From: an uncultured Candidatus Saccharibacteria bacterium
Lineage (GTDB): Bacteria > Patescibacteriota > Minisyncoccia > Phycocordibacterales > UBA5272
Assembly: GCA_964464695.1 (NCBI GenBank)
Contig: CAYXKW010000001.1
Span: forward strand, 36,810 to 100,809
Length of the DNA: 64,000 nucleotides
Direction: 5' to 3'
In this document: piece by piece, positions 26,965-36,266 of the stretch
Numbering within the stretch: position 1 is the first letter of the stretch
Layout of the letters: each line of letters opens with the position of its first letter
Translations under genes and position numbers: made by a program
Notes under the pieces: generated by a model
Database searches by the model: none
Seen by the model: the letters and a program-made list of their open reading frames with translations, nothing else
What the model was told of the DNA's origin: nothing

Positions 26965-28098
26965 ATGGTAGTAACAATAGTAACGATGATTGCTCTTTTG
27001 TTTTTCGTAGGTATTGTTTTAGTTTCTCGGTTTCTTTATTTACTCATTTCATCACACAATAAAAACTCTATGTTAGCAGATGTAAAAACAAAAGCACTAG
27101 ATGTATTCATCTATCTCGGAATTGGTATATCACTTGTTGTAAGTGTAACAAATTTTCTTCAAGTAATTTTTGCTGCGGTTAATCGAAAGTATGTTGACGC
27201 ACTTAGTTATGGAGGATATGTGGATGCTTCACAGAGTGACGTTCGCTTCGCAATTGCATCACTTGTTGTTATGTTCCCAATTTATATTGGGCTCTCATGG
27301 TATGTAGCAAATGATATTAAAAAGTTTTTATATAAACAAGATATTACCATTCGTAAGATAATGATATATCTTACAATGTTTGTTACAATTCTTACGCTTA
27401 TCGGAACACTGGTCACTGTTATTTATACGTATTTAGGAGGTGAGTTATCTGTTCGTTTTGAATTAAAAGCACTAGCCGTATTTCTTGTGGCACTTTCTGT
27501 TTTTGGGTATTACTATTACTCACTTAAACGTAATTACTCAAAAGCAACATTTGTGCCAATACTGGTGACACTTTTTTCAGTTGCAGTAGTTACTGGAGCA
27601 GTTGTCTGGAGTATTTCTGTAATCGGAACTCCAGAAGAAATGAGAGCTAAAAAAATCGACAGCACTCGATTAAGTGATATTTCTAGAATTCAACAGGAAA
27701 TTTTCAATCGTGTACAAATGACCGATAAATTACCAATGACATTAACTGATCTAGATAATGCTTTCCAGGGTTATCAAGTACCAACCGATCCAATCACTAA
27801 TGAGAAATATGTTTACAAGGTTGTACAACAGCCAGTTGTCAAAATGAATTTTACAACTAATAGAAAAGAAATGACAACGCCAGCTGTGTTCGAGCTTTGT
27901 GCAACTTTTGATACCGTTCGAATGATTGACTCACGAGGTCAGGCAATTCCAGTTAAAGGAGAGCTGTCATCAGCTGATGCTTTTTACTCAGCTTCTAACT
28001 ATTATTACGAAGGAGATCAGTCACCATTTTGGAATCATCAAAATGAGCTAACTTGTTTCAAGAGAATCATATCTACGGATATGTATTACGGAAGATAA
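26965..28098 (+). CDS. DUF5671-like membrane protein
   Basis: RFAIASLVVMFPIY, IRKIMIYLT, YLGGELSVRF, DSTRLSDI, DPITNEKY, FELCATF. Confidence 0.7.
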   Translation: MVVTIVTMIALLFFVGIVLVSRFLYLLISSHNKNSMLADVKTKALDVFIYLGIGISLVVSVTNFLQVIFAAVNRKYVDALSYGGYVDASQSDVRFAIASLVVMFPIYIGLSWYVANDIKKFLYKQDITIRKIMIYLTMFVTILTLIGTLVTVIYTYLGGELSVRFELKALAVFLVALSVFGYYYYSLKRNYSKATFVPILVTLFSVAVVTGAVVWSISVIGTPEEMRAKKIDSTRLSDISRIQQEIFNRVQMTDKLPMTLTDLDNAFQGYQVPTDPITNEKYVYKVVQQPVVKMNFTTNRKEMTTPAVFELCATFDTVRMIDSRGQAIPVKGELSSADAFYSASNYYYEGDQSPFWNHQNELTCFKRIISTDMYYGR

Positions 28099-28118
28099 GT
28101 AGACTACTGTTTATATTA

Positions 28119-28151
28119 CAAAAAGGCGGTCGCGTAGCGACCGTCTTTTTG
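28119..28151. terminator. Hairpin terminator with GTA triloop
   Basis: CAAAAAGGCGGTCGC-GTA-GCGACCGTCTTTTTG. Confidence 0.75.
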
Positions 28152-28212
28152 ACTGCTACTTGATAAAAGGGTAGAGTACATAAAGTTGTAATTTCCATTA
28201 AAAGGTATCACC

Positions 28213-28884
28213 ATGAATTCAATTCAATTGAAAAGCCTTCTGTCTGCCAGTGAAGCACTCTCTGTGCACGGTCCTAAAGGTTTTACTCTGGCTGTTAACT
28301 TAGTCGGGCATGAGACAGCCTTTGTGCTTCTCGTACATGAAGTAGCAAGAAGTATGCGGAACAAAAGCATGGCTTCAATCATTGATGAACTTTCAATGCA
28401 CGTAGAGCCTCGAGGGCTCTACGTGCACATAAAGGAACATTTGTTCTTTTATATAACAGAAGAAATGGCACTCGATACTTTCTCAGCTCACAGTATCGAA
28501 TGGAACGGTGTTTTGTGGCAAACATGCGAACATGCGTACCAAGCTGCAAAGTTTGATTATGAAGGTGGACACAGTGATATTGTTGACCAAATTAAAGCTG
28601 CACGTTCTCCATTTGTGGCAAAACGAATTGCTCGTGAGCACAAAAACAAAGTAAAGAAAAACTGGAGTAAAGAAAAAGTTGGAGTAATGAGGCAATTCAT
28701 TCGTCTCAAAATAAAACAGCATTATGACGTTAAATCCTACCTTGTGGCAACAGGTAGCAAGATTCTCGTAGAGAATTCTAGAACTGACAGATTCTGGGGA
28801 AGCGGTCATGATTTCACAGGACTTAATCATACAGGGATACTCTGGATGGAAGCCAGAGATGACACAAGGTCGGGGGTAATCTAA
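28213..28884 (+). CDS. NADAR (YbiA-like) N-glycosidase with N-terminal extension
   Basis: EHAYQAAKF, SPFVAK, LVATG..LVENS..DRFWG, GLNHTGILWMEAR. Confidence 0.88.
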   Translation: MNSIQLKSLLSASEALSVHGPKGFTLAVNLVGHETAFVLLVHEVARSMRNKSMASIIDELSMHVEPRGLYVHIKEHLFFYITEEMALDTFSAHSIEWNGVLWQTCEHAYQAAKFDYEGGHSDIVDQIKAARSPFVAKRIAREHKNKVKKNWSKEKVGVMRQFIRLKIKQHYDVKSYLVATGSKILVENSRTDRFWGSGHDFTGLNHTGILWMEARDDTRSGVI

Positions 28885-28968
28885 GAGTTCCTCAATTCGT
28901 AAAACAGCGCCAATTTCGGCACTGTTTTTTCTTTGTTATCTTCTTATCTTTTGATAGTATAGAGAGAT

Positions 28969-31818
28969 ATGAAGCTGTACGATTATAAAAAATGTGATGC
29001 ATATTGGCAGGCAAAATGGGAAGAAGATAAGTTATATGAGACTCCAAAACTGCCAGGTGAGAAGAAAGTCTATGTGTTAGACATGTTCCCATACCCATCA
29101 GGTGAAGGGCTCCATGTCGGTCACCCAAAGGGATATATCGCTACAGATATCTATTCTCGGTTCAAGCGAATGAACGGGTATGATGTACTCCATCCAATGG
29201 GGTGGGATGCTTTTGGTTTACCTGCGGAACAGTTTGCGCTCAAACATAAAGTACAACCACGAGTTGCTGTTGAGAAAAATATAGCAAATTTTAAGCAACA
29301 ACTTTCTCATCTTGGTCTTGATTATGATTGGAAGCGAGAGATTAATACAACTGATTCGGAATTTTATAAGTGGACTCAATGGATTTTTACGAAGCTCTAC
29401 GAGAAAGGTTTAGCATATGAAAGTAATGAGCCGATTAATTGGTGTCCAACATGTAAGACAGGTCTCGCTAATGAAGATCTGAATGGAATTCTTTGTGAAC
29501 GATGTGATAGTGTTGTCGAGAAAAAACCACTCAGGCAGTGGGTGCTTAAGATTACTGACTATGCAGACAGGATGATTAAGGATTTAGATCTACTTAAGTG
29601 GCCAGAAGGTATCAAGACAGCACAGAAAAATTGGATAGGAAGAAGTGAAGGTGCAGAATTTGAATTCAAGCTCACTGATGTAAAAGACCATACAGATGGA
29701 CAGATGTCAGTAAAGGTATTCACAACACGAGCGGATACATTATTTGGCGTAACGTTTGTGGCTATATCTGCAGAAATGGCAAAAACATGGCTAGACGCTG
29801 GATGGGAAACAAATAAAGATGTGACAGAGTATGTTACTAACACACTTGAAGAACAGAAAAAAGAAAATGACTATTCTGTCATTCCAGAAAAAACTGGAGT
29901 ATATTCTGGAGTTAACGCGCTACATCCAGCAACAGGGGAGAAAGTTCCTGTATGGATTGCCAACTATGTGGTTGGGGGTGTTGGAACTGGTGCGCTTATG
30001 GGTGTACCTGCGCACGATGAGCGTGATAATGAATTTGCTAAAAAATATGATTTGCCGATTACCCAAGTTATTCTTCCTGAAACAGGTATTCCTCAGCAAA
30101 ATCCTGAATTACGGAAAAGTATTGTTGCAATTCTTTGGAATAAAAAAGATGATACTTTTTTAAGTATTGATTGGGGCAAGGAAATGGGGGGAAATCTTTT
30201 TATTGGTGGCGGTTTGGAAAATAATGAAGACGTTATAGATTGTGCTATAAGAGAAATTCGTGAAGAAACTGGCTACACCACATTTTTAAACCTTGCGACA
30301 ACATCTGTAATTTATCACAATTATTTTGCGCACTCAAAAAATGTAGGAAGAAGGATAGAAGCAACTGGGTTACTCTTTGAACTTACAGGAGATGAGCAAG
30401 TTCCTCTAGAGCTTGAAGAAAATGAGAAGAATAAGTTTACTGTTACATGGTTATCACGCAACCAAGTCAAAGCACAGATACAAGATGAACTGCACGCACT
30501 TGTGTTTGCTATCATGGTAAACGATACAATTTATACGGGAAACGGCATACTCACTAATTCAGTTACTTGTGATGGGCTAACAAGTGATGAAGCGAAGGTA
30601 AAAATAGTTGAAAAGTTTGGTGGTAAAAAAGTGGTGCGGTATAAATTACAGGATTGGGTTTTTGCACGTCAAAGATATTGGGGAGAACCTTTCCCAGTTG
30701 TTCGGGACAAAGAAGGAAAGGTGTACATGGTAGATGAAAGCGAGTTACCAGTACTCTTGCCTCAAGTAGAGCAATACGAGCCAACAGGAACAGGAGAATC
30801 ACCTCTTGCCGCAATAACTGATTGGGTAAACGTAAAGGGTGTCATCACTGAAAAAGGAACCTTCAAACAAGATCCAAACGGGGAAGTGTTTACTCGCGAA
30901 ACAAATACCATGCCACAGTGGGCGGGTTCATCATGGTACTATCTCAGATTCCTTGATCCTCATAATGAAAAAGCACTTGTTGATAAAGAGATAGAAAAAG
31001 CGTGGGGAGAAGTTAACGTCTATGTTGGAGGGGATCATGCAACACGACATCTTATTTACGCACGCTTCTGGCATAAGTTTTTATATGACATCGGTGTTGT
31101 GAGCACAGAAGAGCCATTTTCTCGACTTGAATTCTTAGGATTTATTCTTGCCGAAGATGGGAGAAAGATGAGTAAGCGTTGGGGGAATATCATCAATCCA
31201 GACGATGTTGTAAATGAGTATGGAGCAGACACACTTAGAGTCTATGAGATGTTCATGGCACCATTTGACCAAACAGCAAGTTGGAGTACTTCGAGTATCA
31301 AGGGGTCAGATAAGTTTTTGGATAAGGTGTACGCACTCTCAAAGAAAATAAGTGATACGAGTACTGTAGAATCAGACCTTCATAAGACAATTAAAAAAGT
31401 AGGGGAGGATATCGAGAATTTTAAGTTTAATACGGTGGTTTCATCGATGATGATACTCCTTAATTCGATGGAATCTGGGAGTTTTACAAAGAGTGACTAT
31501 CTGGTATTTCTGCAATTATTAGCTCCATTTGCCCCTCATGTTACGGAACAGTTATGGAACGATCAGGGTCAAGCTGGGTCTATTCATAAGTCTCCGTGGC
31601 CAACATACGATGAAAGTAAATTACTAGACTCTGTTGTCACTATGGCAATTCAAATTGCAGGGAAGATGCGAGGAACCATTGAAATACAAAGAGATTCTGA
31701 GGATTCGCAAGTTGTAGAGGTTGTAAAAAATCACGAAATGTATAAGAAATATGTTGGGGAAATTGAACCAAAAAAGGTCATCGTTGTGAAGAATAAAATA
31801 GTAAATATCGTCATTTAG
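28969..31818 (+). CDS. leuS: Leucine--tRNA ligase with inserted NUDIX domain
   Basis: MFPYPSG-HVGH, KMSKR, FTTRADT, GTGALMGVPAHD editing motifs; Nudix box at 30208-30276. Confidence 0.95.
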   Translation: MKLYDYKKCDAYWQAKWEEDKLYETPKLPGEKKVYVLDMFPYPSGEGLHVGHPKGYIATDIYSRFKRMNGYDVLHPMGWDAFGLPAEQFALKHKVQPRVAVEKNIANFKQQLSHLGLDYDWKREINTTDSEFYKWTQWIFTKLYEKGLAYESNEPINWCPTCKTGLANEDLNGILCERCDSVVEKKPLRQWVLKITDYADRMIKDLDLLKWPEGIKTAQKNWIGRSEGAEFEFKLTDVKDHTDGQMSVKVFTTRADTLFGVTFVAISAEMAKTWLDAGWETNKDVTEYVTNTLEEQKKENDYSVIPEKTGVYSGVNALHPATGEKVPVWIANYVVGGVGTGALMGVPAHDERDNEFAKKYDLPITQVILPETGIPQQNPELRKSIVAILWNKKDDTFLSIDWGKEMGGNLFIGGGLENNEDVIDCAIREIREETGYTTFLNLATTSVIYHNYFAHSKNVGRRIEATGLLFELTGDEQVPLELEENEKNKFTVTWLSRNQVKAQIQDELHALVFAIMVNDTIYTGNGILTNSVTCDGLTSDEAKVKIVEKFGGKKVVRYKLQDWVFARQRYWGEPFPVVRDKEGKVYMVDESELPVLLPQVEQYEPTGTGESPLAAITDWVNVKGVITEKGTFKQDPNGEVFTRETNTMPQWAGSSWYYLRFLDPHNEKALVDKEIEKAWGEVNVYVGGDHATRHLIYARFWHKFLYDIGVVSTEEPFSRLEFLGFILAEDGRKMSKRWGNIINPDDVVNEYGADTLRVYEMFMAPFDQTASWSTSSIKGSDKFLDKVYALSKKISDTSTVESDLHKTIKKVGEDIENFKFNTVVSSMMILLNSMESGSFTKSDYLVFLQLLAPFAPHVTEQLWNDQGQAGSIHKSPWPTYDESKLLDSVVTMAIQIAGKMRGTIEIQRDSEDSQVVEVVKNHEMYKKYVGEIEPKKVIVVKNKIVNIVI

Positions 31819-31891
31819 ATTTTTACAGTATCTAGGCTTGACGTTTTTGGCAAGTTCTGGTAGAATAGATATATTAACTTAATAATTTCAT

Positions 31892-32920
31892 ATGTCAGGA
31901 ATCACCTTTAAACCTAAAGCCGTTTCTAAAAAGCTTCTTACGACGCTTAACCCACGAACACGAGAGATCGTGGTTAATCGTTATGGTCTCGAAAAAGAGA
32001 ACAGAATGACTCTTGAGGCAATCGGTAAGACATATGATATTACTCGTGAACGTGTTCGTCAGATTGAGAACTTCGCTCTTACTTCTATTAAGAAGTCAAA
32101 GGAGTATAAGGAGCATCTTTTTATTTTTGATGAATTACGAAAGACGGTTTCTGAGCTTGGATCTGTTGTTTCTGAGGATCATCTCATGAGACACATCTCA
32201 AAGGATCCTGTAATTCAAAATCATATTAATCTATACTTAGCTCTTGGTGAAGATTTTAAGAAGCATAAGGAAGACGATCATTTCTACTCTCACTTTACAA
32301 CAGATGACAAGACGGCAATGCATGTTCGTGAAGCGCTTTCAAAGCTCTACGGTTCAATTAATGAAGAAGACCTAGTAACTGAAGAAGAAGTGTTCTCACG
32401 TTTTATGGGACACCTTACAGAACTTATTTCAGAGTACAAGGATAACAAGGATATTATCTATAGATATCTAGCGCTCTCAAAAGTTATTGGTAAAAACCAA
32501 CTAAGTGAATGGGGAAGAACATCTTCTCCGCATGTTAAAGCTCGTGGCATCAAAGACTATGCATATCTTATTATGCGTCGAGCTAACAAGCCAATGCACT
32601 TCAAGGATGTTGCACAAGAAATTAATAAAACATTTGGTAAAAAGGCGCATGTAGCAACTTGTCACAATGAACTCATTAAGGACTCACGTTTTGTACTAGT
32701 TGGACGAGGGATGTATGGTCTTAAGGACTGGGGTCACACTGGAGGAGTAGTTCGTGATGTTATCACCGAAGTTCTTAAAGAATCAGGACGACCACTTCCA
32801 AAAGATGAAGTTATCAAACGAGTTCTTGCAAAGAGAATTGTAAAACCAAACACTGTTCTCGTTAATCTTCAAAATACAAAATACTTCCGAAAGGTTGCTG
32901 GAGATTACACTTTGGCGTAA
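31892..32920 (+). CDS. Sigma70 region 4 / HARE-HTH DNA-binding protein
   Basis: RYGL..TLEAIGKTYDITRERVRQIE at the N-terminus; PMHFKDVA, HNELIKDSRFVLVGRGMYGL winged-HTH repeats. Confidence 0.8.
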   Translation: MSGITFKPKAVSKKLLTTLNPRTREIVVNRYGLEKENRMTLEAIGKTYDITRERVRQIENFALTSIKKSKEYKEHLFIFDELRKTVSELGSVVSEDHLMRHISKDPVIQNHINLYLALGEDFKKHKEDDHFYSHFTTDDKTAMHVREALSKLYGSINEEDLVTEEEVFSRFMGHLTELISEYKDNKDIIYRYLALSKVIGKNQLSEWGRTSSPHVKARGIKDYAYLIMRRANKPMHFKDVAQEINKTFGKKAHVATCHNELIKDSRFVLVGRGMYGLKDWGHTGGVVRDVITEVLKESGRPLPKDEVIKRVLAKRIVKPNTVLVNLQNTKYFRKVAGDYTLA

Positions 32921-33054
32921 TAGAAGCTTTTAGCCTTTGGCTATGAGCCGTTAGCCTAAATACAATACAAAAGCGACCTCCAGAGGAGGCCGCTTTTGTG
33001 TTTGCTAACAGCTAACAGCTAAATGCTAAGTGCTGTTCATGTTATACTTTTCTC

Positions 33055-34602
33055 ATGCAATTTCTTATTGATATAGCACTCGCGGCACTATATTTTAGCC
33101 TGTTTCTTTTGATATGTGCGTGGTCATGGAGGTTTTGGATGATGTATATTAATCAGAAGTATTTGGCTTCACTTGATTGGATAATGCTTGAAGTTAAACT
33201 ACCAAGAGAAATAACAAAGTCTCCTTTAGCCACACAAATAGCCATTACTGGATTTTTACAGTCAGCTGGAGCAAGTACGGTGTATGCAAGAAACTTTGAA
33301 GGCAAGGTTCCACACTTTGGTTCTCTTGAGATAGCTTCTATTGAAGGAGTGATTCATTTTTATATTAGAGTTCAGCGTAGATTTAGAGTTCTTATGGAAA
33401 CTAATTTTTATGCACAATATCCAGAAATAGAAATAATAGAAGCAGAGGACTATACAAAATTAATTCATTTCAACCATTTATCAAAGGACGTTAAATTGTG
33501 GGGGATGACTTATAGAACAAATGAAAAGTGGAAACCAACTAATCCAGATACTGGAAAAGAATACGGAACAAAAGAGAAACCTGTAACAATGAGGGCAGAT
33601 TTTTTGCCAATCAAAACCTATGTTGATTTCGGATTAGACAAAGATCCTGATGAAGAGTTTAAAACAGACCCACTAACACAGATACTTGAAGCGATGGGAA
33701 GTATTGGGAAAGGGGAACATATGTGGTATCAAGTGCTCATCCAGGACGAATCTGTATATGATGGTAAAAAAATGCCAAAATTATACGTGAACTCAGAGAC
33801 TCATGAACACAAAAGTTTACGAGAAATGTTAGATGAACGAAAGAAGCAGATTCGAACATCTCACTTTATTAAACATGGAGATCAAGTATATGATGATTAT
33901 GGGTATGAAAGAGATCCACGAAAAGTAAAAACAGAAGAAGTGGATAAAGATGGTAAGCCGATATTTAAAGAAGTTCCATTGACCTATAACTTAGCTAAAG
34001 ATGGTGTGCTTGAAAAAAATGTAAAAGCAGTCGGTAAAAAAGAGATAGAACTAACACAGGAAGACAAAGATGAATTAGAGGTACTAAACTCTAAACTTAA
34101 TTCACCACTAGCTGTAAGTGTTATACGATTAATTTATGTTGCGAAAAGTGAAAATTTTAATGGTGGCCAAACAGCTACAACCCTTTCGTTTTCTAAACTT
34201 TTTAGTGGTGCAAATAAATTTGCTCCTAACCCTACCGATCCTTATGATTACCCATGGCAAAGGCAAGGAGGGAATCGCGTCTACTGGAGATCAGAGGAAG
34301 CTTTTGAAGCGTATGTTGAACGTGAAGGATTCTTCCCTCACATTAAAGAAAGAAAGAGCCTTGATGAGTGGGAAGACAGATTCTTTTGGTCATCAACGAT
34401 GAAGCAGAGGCGGTTGTTTAGAATGATATACGAAGCAATCTTCTATCCATTCGAACATCCTAGTTCTGAAGGTGTTGCGATGACTCTTAATCTAGAAGAA
34501 ATAGCAACACTTTGGCATCTACCAGGGCTGGTTGCGGCAACACCTACACTTCCTCGTATTGACAGCACTAAAGGTATTGCACCGGTTAATCTTCCTATTT
34601 AA
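33055..34602 (+). CDS. Conserved CPR membrane-anchored protein resembling the N-terminal region of T4SS-like/VirD4-associated ATPases
   Basis: LEVKLPRE, SLEIAS, FYAQYP, LPIKTY, LNLEEIATLWHLP; family recalled from memory. Confidence 0.55.
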   Translation: MQFLIDIALAALYFSLFLLICAWSWRFWMMYINQKYLASLDWIMLEVKLPREITKSPLATQIAITGFLQSAGASTVYARNFEGKVPHFGSLEIASIEGVIHFYIRVQRRFRVLMETNFYAQYPEIEIIEAEDYTKLIHFNHLSKDVKLWGMTYRTNEKWKPTNPDTGKEYGTKEKPVTMRADFLPIKTYVDFGLDKDPDEEFKTDPLTQILEAMGSIGKGEHMWYQVLIQDESVYDGKKMPKLYVNSETHEHKSLREMLDERKKQIRTSHFIKHGDQVYDDYGYERDPRKVKTEEVDKDGKPIFKEVPLTYNLAKDGVLEKNVKAVGKKEIELTQEDKDELEVLNSKLNSPLAVSVIRLIYVAKSENFNGGQTATTLSFSKLFSGANKFAPNPTDPYDYPWQRQGGNRVYWRSEEAFEAYVEREGFFPHIKERKSLDEWEDRFFWSSTMKQRRLFRMIYEAIFYPFEHPSSEGVAMTLNLEEIATLWHLPGLVAATPTLPRIDSTKGIAPVNLPI

Positions 34603-34614
34603 TAAATACTAACA

Positions 34615-35520
34615 ATGAAAGAAACGAAACAAAGTACGGTTGTAGGGATTGTTGTGGTCATTTTTCTATTGAGTATTTTTTACGTATATCAGCAACTTTA
34701 CAGAGTTCCTGATAATTTTCCAACTGGAAAAAACTTTACTATTAATGAAAATGAAAGTTTGAAAAGTATTAGTGAAAGATTAGAAGAAGAAAAATTTATT
34801 TCCTCACCAATATTATTTAGAGCAGGAATTTCATTTTTAGGAAAGGATACATCAATTCAACTGGGAGGGTATACTTTTAGCTCACCTCTTTCTTTGTTTG
34901 GTGTTATGACTACCTTTGTACAAGGGAAACCACATTTTCCACTCTTGTCTGTCACTATTCCGGAAGGAACGACCTCGTTTGATATAGCAAAAATTGTACA
35001 TAAAGCACTTCCTGGAATAAATATAGATATTTTCGGGGAGACTGTTTCAAAGCATCTTGCCGATGGTAAGTTATTTCCATCAACATATTATCTATTACCA
35101 TCACATACCGCTGAAGATATAGTTACGCTGATGGTTAAGACGTATGTGAGAAAAACAGAAGCGCTCGGCATAGCATCTAATGTACAAAAACCTCTTACGG
35201 ATGAAAATGATGTACTTACGTTAGCTTCAATCTTAGAAGGTGAAGCAAATACTGAAGTTGATATGAAAATTGTTGCAGGCATACTTCTTAAAAGAATGTC
35301 TATTGGAATGCCGCTTCAGGTGGACGTTGCAATGGAGACATACAAGAAAAAAGGTTTACCGTTTCAACCAATTAATAATCCTGGACTTGTAGCAATTACC
35401 GCAGTTCTTGAGCCAACATCAAGTGATTTTCTGTACTATATAACAGGACGTGACGGTAAGATGTATTATTCAAAAACGTTTGATGAGCATAAGAAAAATA
35501 TTCAAAAATATTTAAAGTAA
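34615..35520 (+). CDS. mltG: Endolytic transglycosylase MltG
   Basis: VTIPEG, GKLFPSTY, LASILEGE, MPLQVD, PINNPGL, YYSKTFDEH. Confidence 0.9.
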   Translation: MKETKQSTVVGIVVVIFLLSIFYVYQQLYRVPDNFPTGKNFTINENESLKSISERLEEEKFISSPILFRAGISFLGKDTSIQLGGYTFSSPLSLFGVMTTFVQGKPHFPLLSVTIPEGTTSFDIAKIVHKALPGINIDIFGETVSKHLADGKLFPSTYYLLPSHTAEDIVTLMVKTYVRKTEALGIASNVQKPLTDENDVLTLASILEGEANTEVDMKIVAGILLKRMSIGMPLQVDVAMETYKKKGLPFQPINNPGLVAITAVLEPTSSDFLYYITGRDGKMYYSKTFDEHKKNIQKYLK

Positions 35521-35590
35521 TTATTTGGTAATCACTTTTGTATCAGATATACTAAACTACTACTATAATAACTAAACAGCAGATCTGACT

Positions 35591-36142
35591 ATGAAATCAC
35601 ACAACCTCGCATTTATCGACACAGAAACAACAGGAACTGATCCAGATACTCACGAAATAATTGAACTTGCGGTTATTGTTGTGAAGCAAACTCCAAGAGA
35701 GGGGCGTGGCCCAAAAATTGAGATTATTGAAGAGTGCGAATGGAAAATTAAGCCGCAGCACATTGAAAGAGCTGAAGAACAAGCCCTTCGAGTGAATGGG
35801 TACAACGAAGTTGACTGGATGTTTGCTATTGATAGAAAGAAAGCTATGCAAGAATTTGCCAAAAAAACAGAGAGCTGTAGCTTCGTGTCTCACAACCTCG
35901 TTTTCGATTACGCTTTCGTTAAAAAAGCATTTGAAGAAACAGAAGTAGAAAGTCGCATGCATTATGCGAAGTTAGATACCATTTCTATGGCGTTCGCACG
36001 TTTATATGACGCTCCACAAGCAGACAAGTTTTCTCTGCGTGCGCTCTGTGAACTTTTGAAGGTAGAAAATAGTAAGGCTCACACTGCGCTTGCTGATACG
36101 AGAGCCCTTGTCGCTGTTTATAGAAAAATGATGAATGCTTAG
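35591..36142 (+). CDS. DEDDh 3'-5' exonuclease (DnaQ-like)
   Basis: DTETTG, HNLVFD, HTALAD. Confidence 0.9.
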   Translation: MKSHNLAFIDTETTGTDPDTHEIIELAVIVVKQTPREGRGPKIEIIEECEWKIKPQHIERAEEQALRVNGYNEVDWMFAIDRKKAMQEFAKKTESCSFVSHNLVFDYAFVKKAFEETEVESRMHYAKLDTISMAFARLYDAPQADKFSLRALCELLKVENSKAHTALADTRALVAVYRKMMNA

Positions 36143-36266
36143 AAAGTATTTCACAGCTTTTGAAAAAAGTTGTCAAATATGGTATAATCCGAGAATTGAC
36201 CTAATTTACTTATATGGTTTTTAGGTACTTTGTAACCTATTGCCACACAACTTATTACCTTATATT

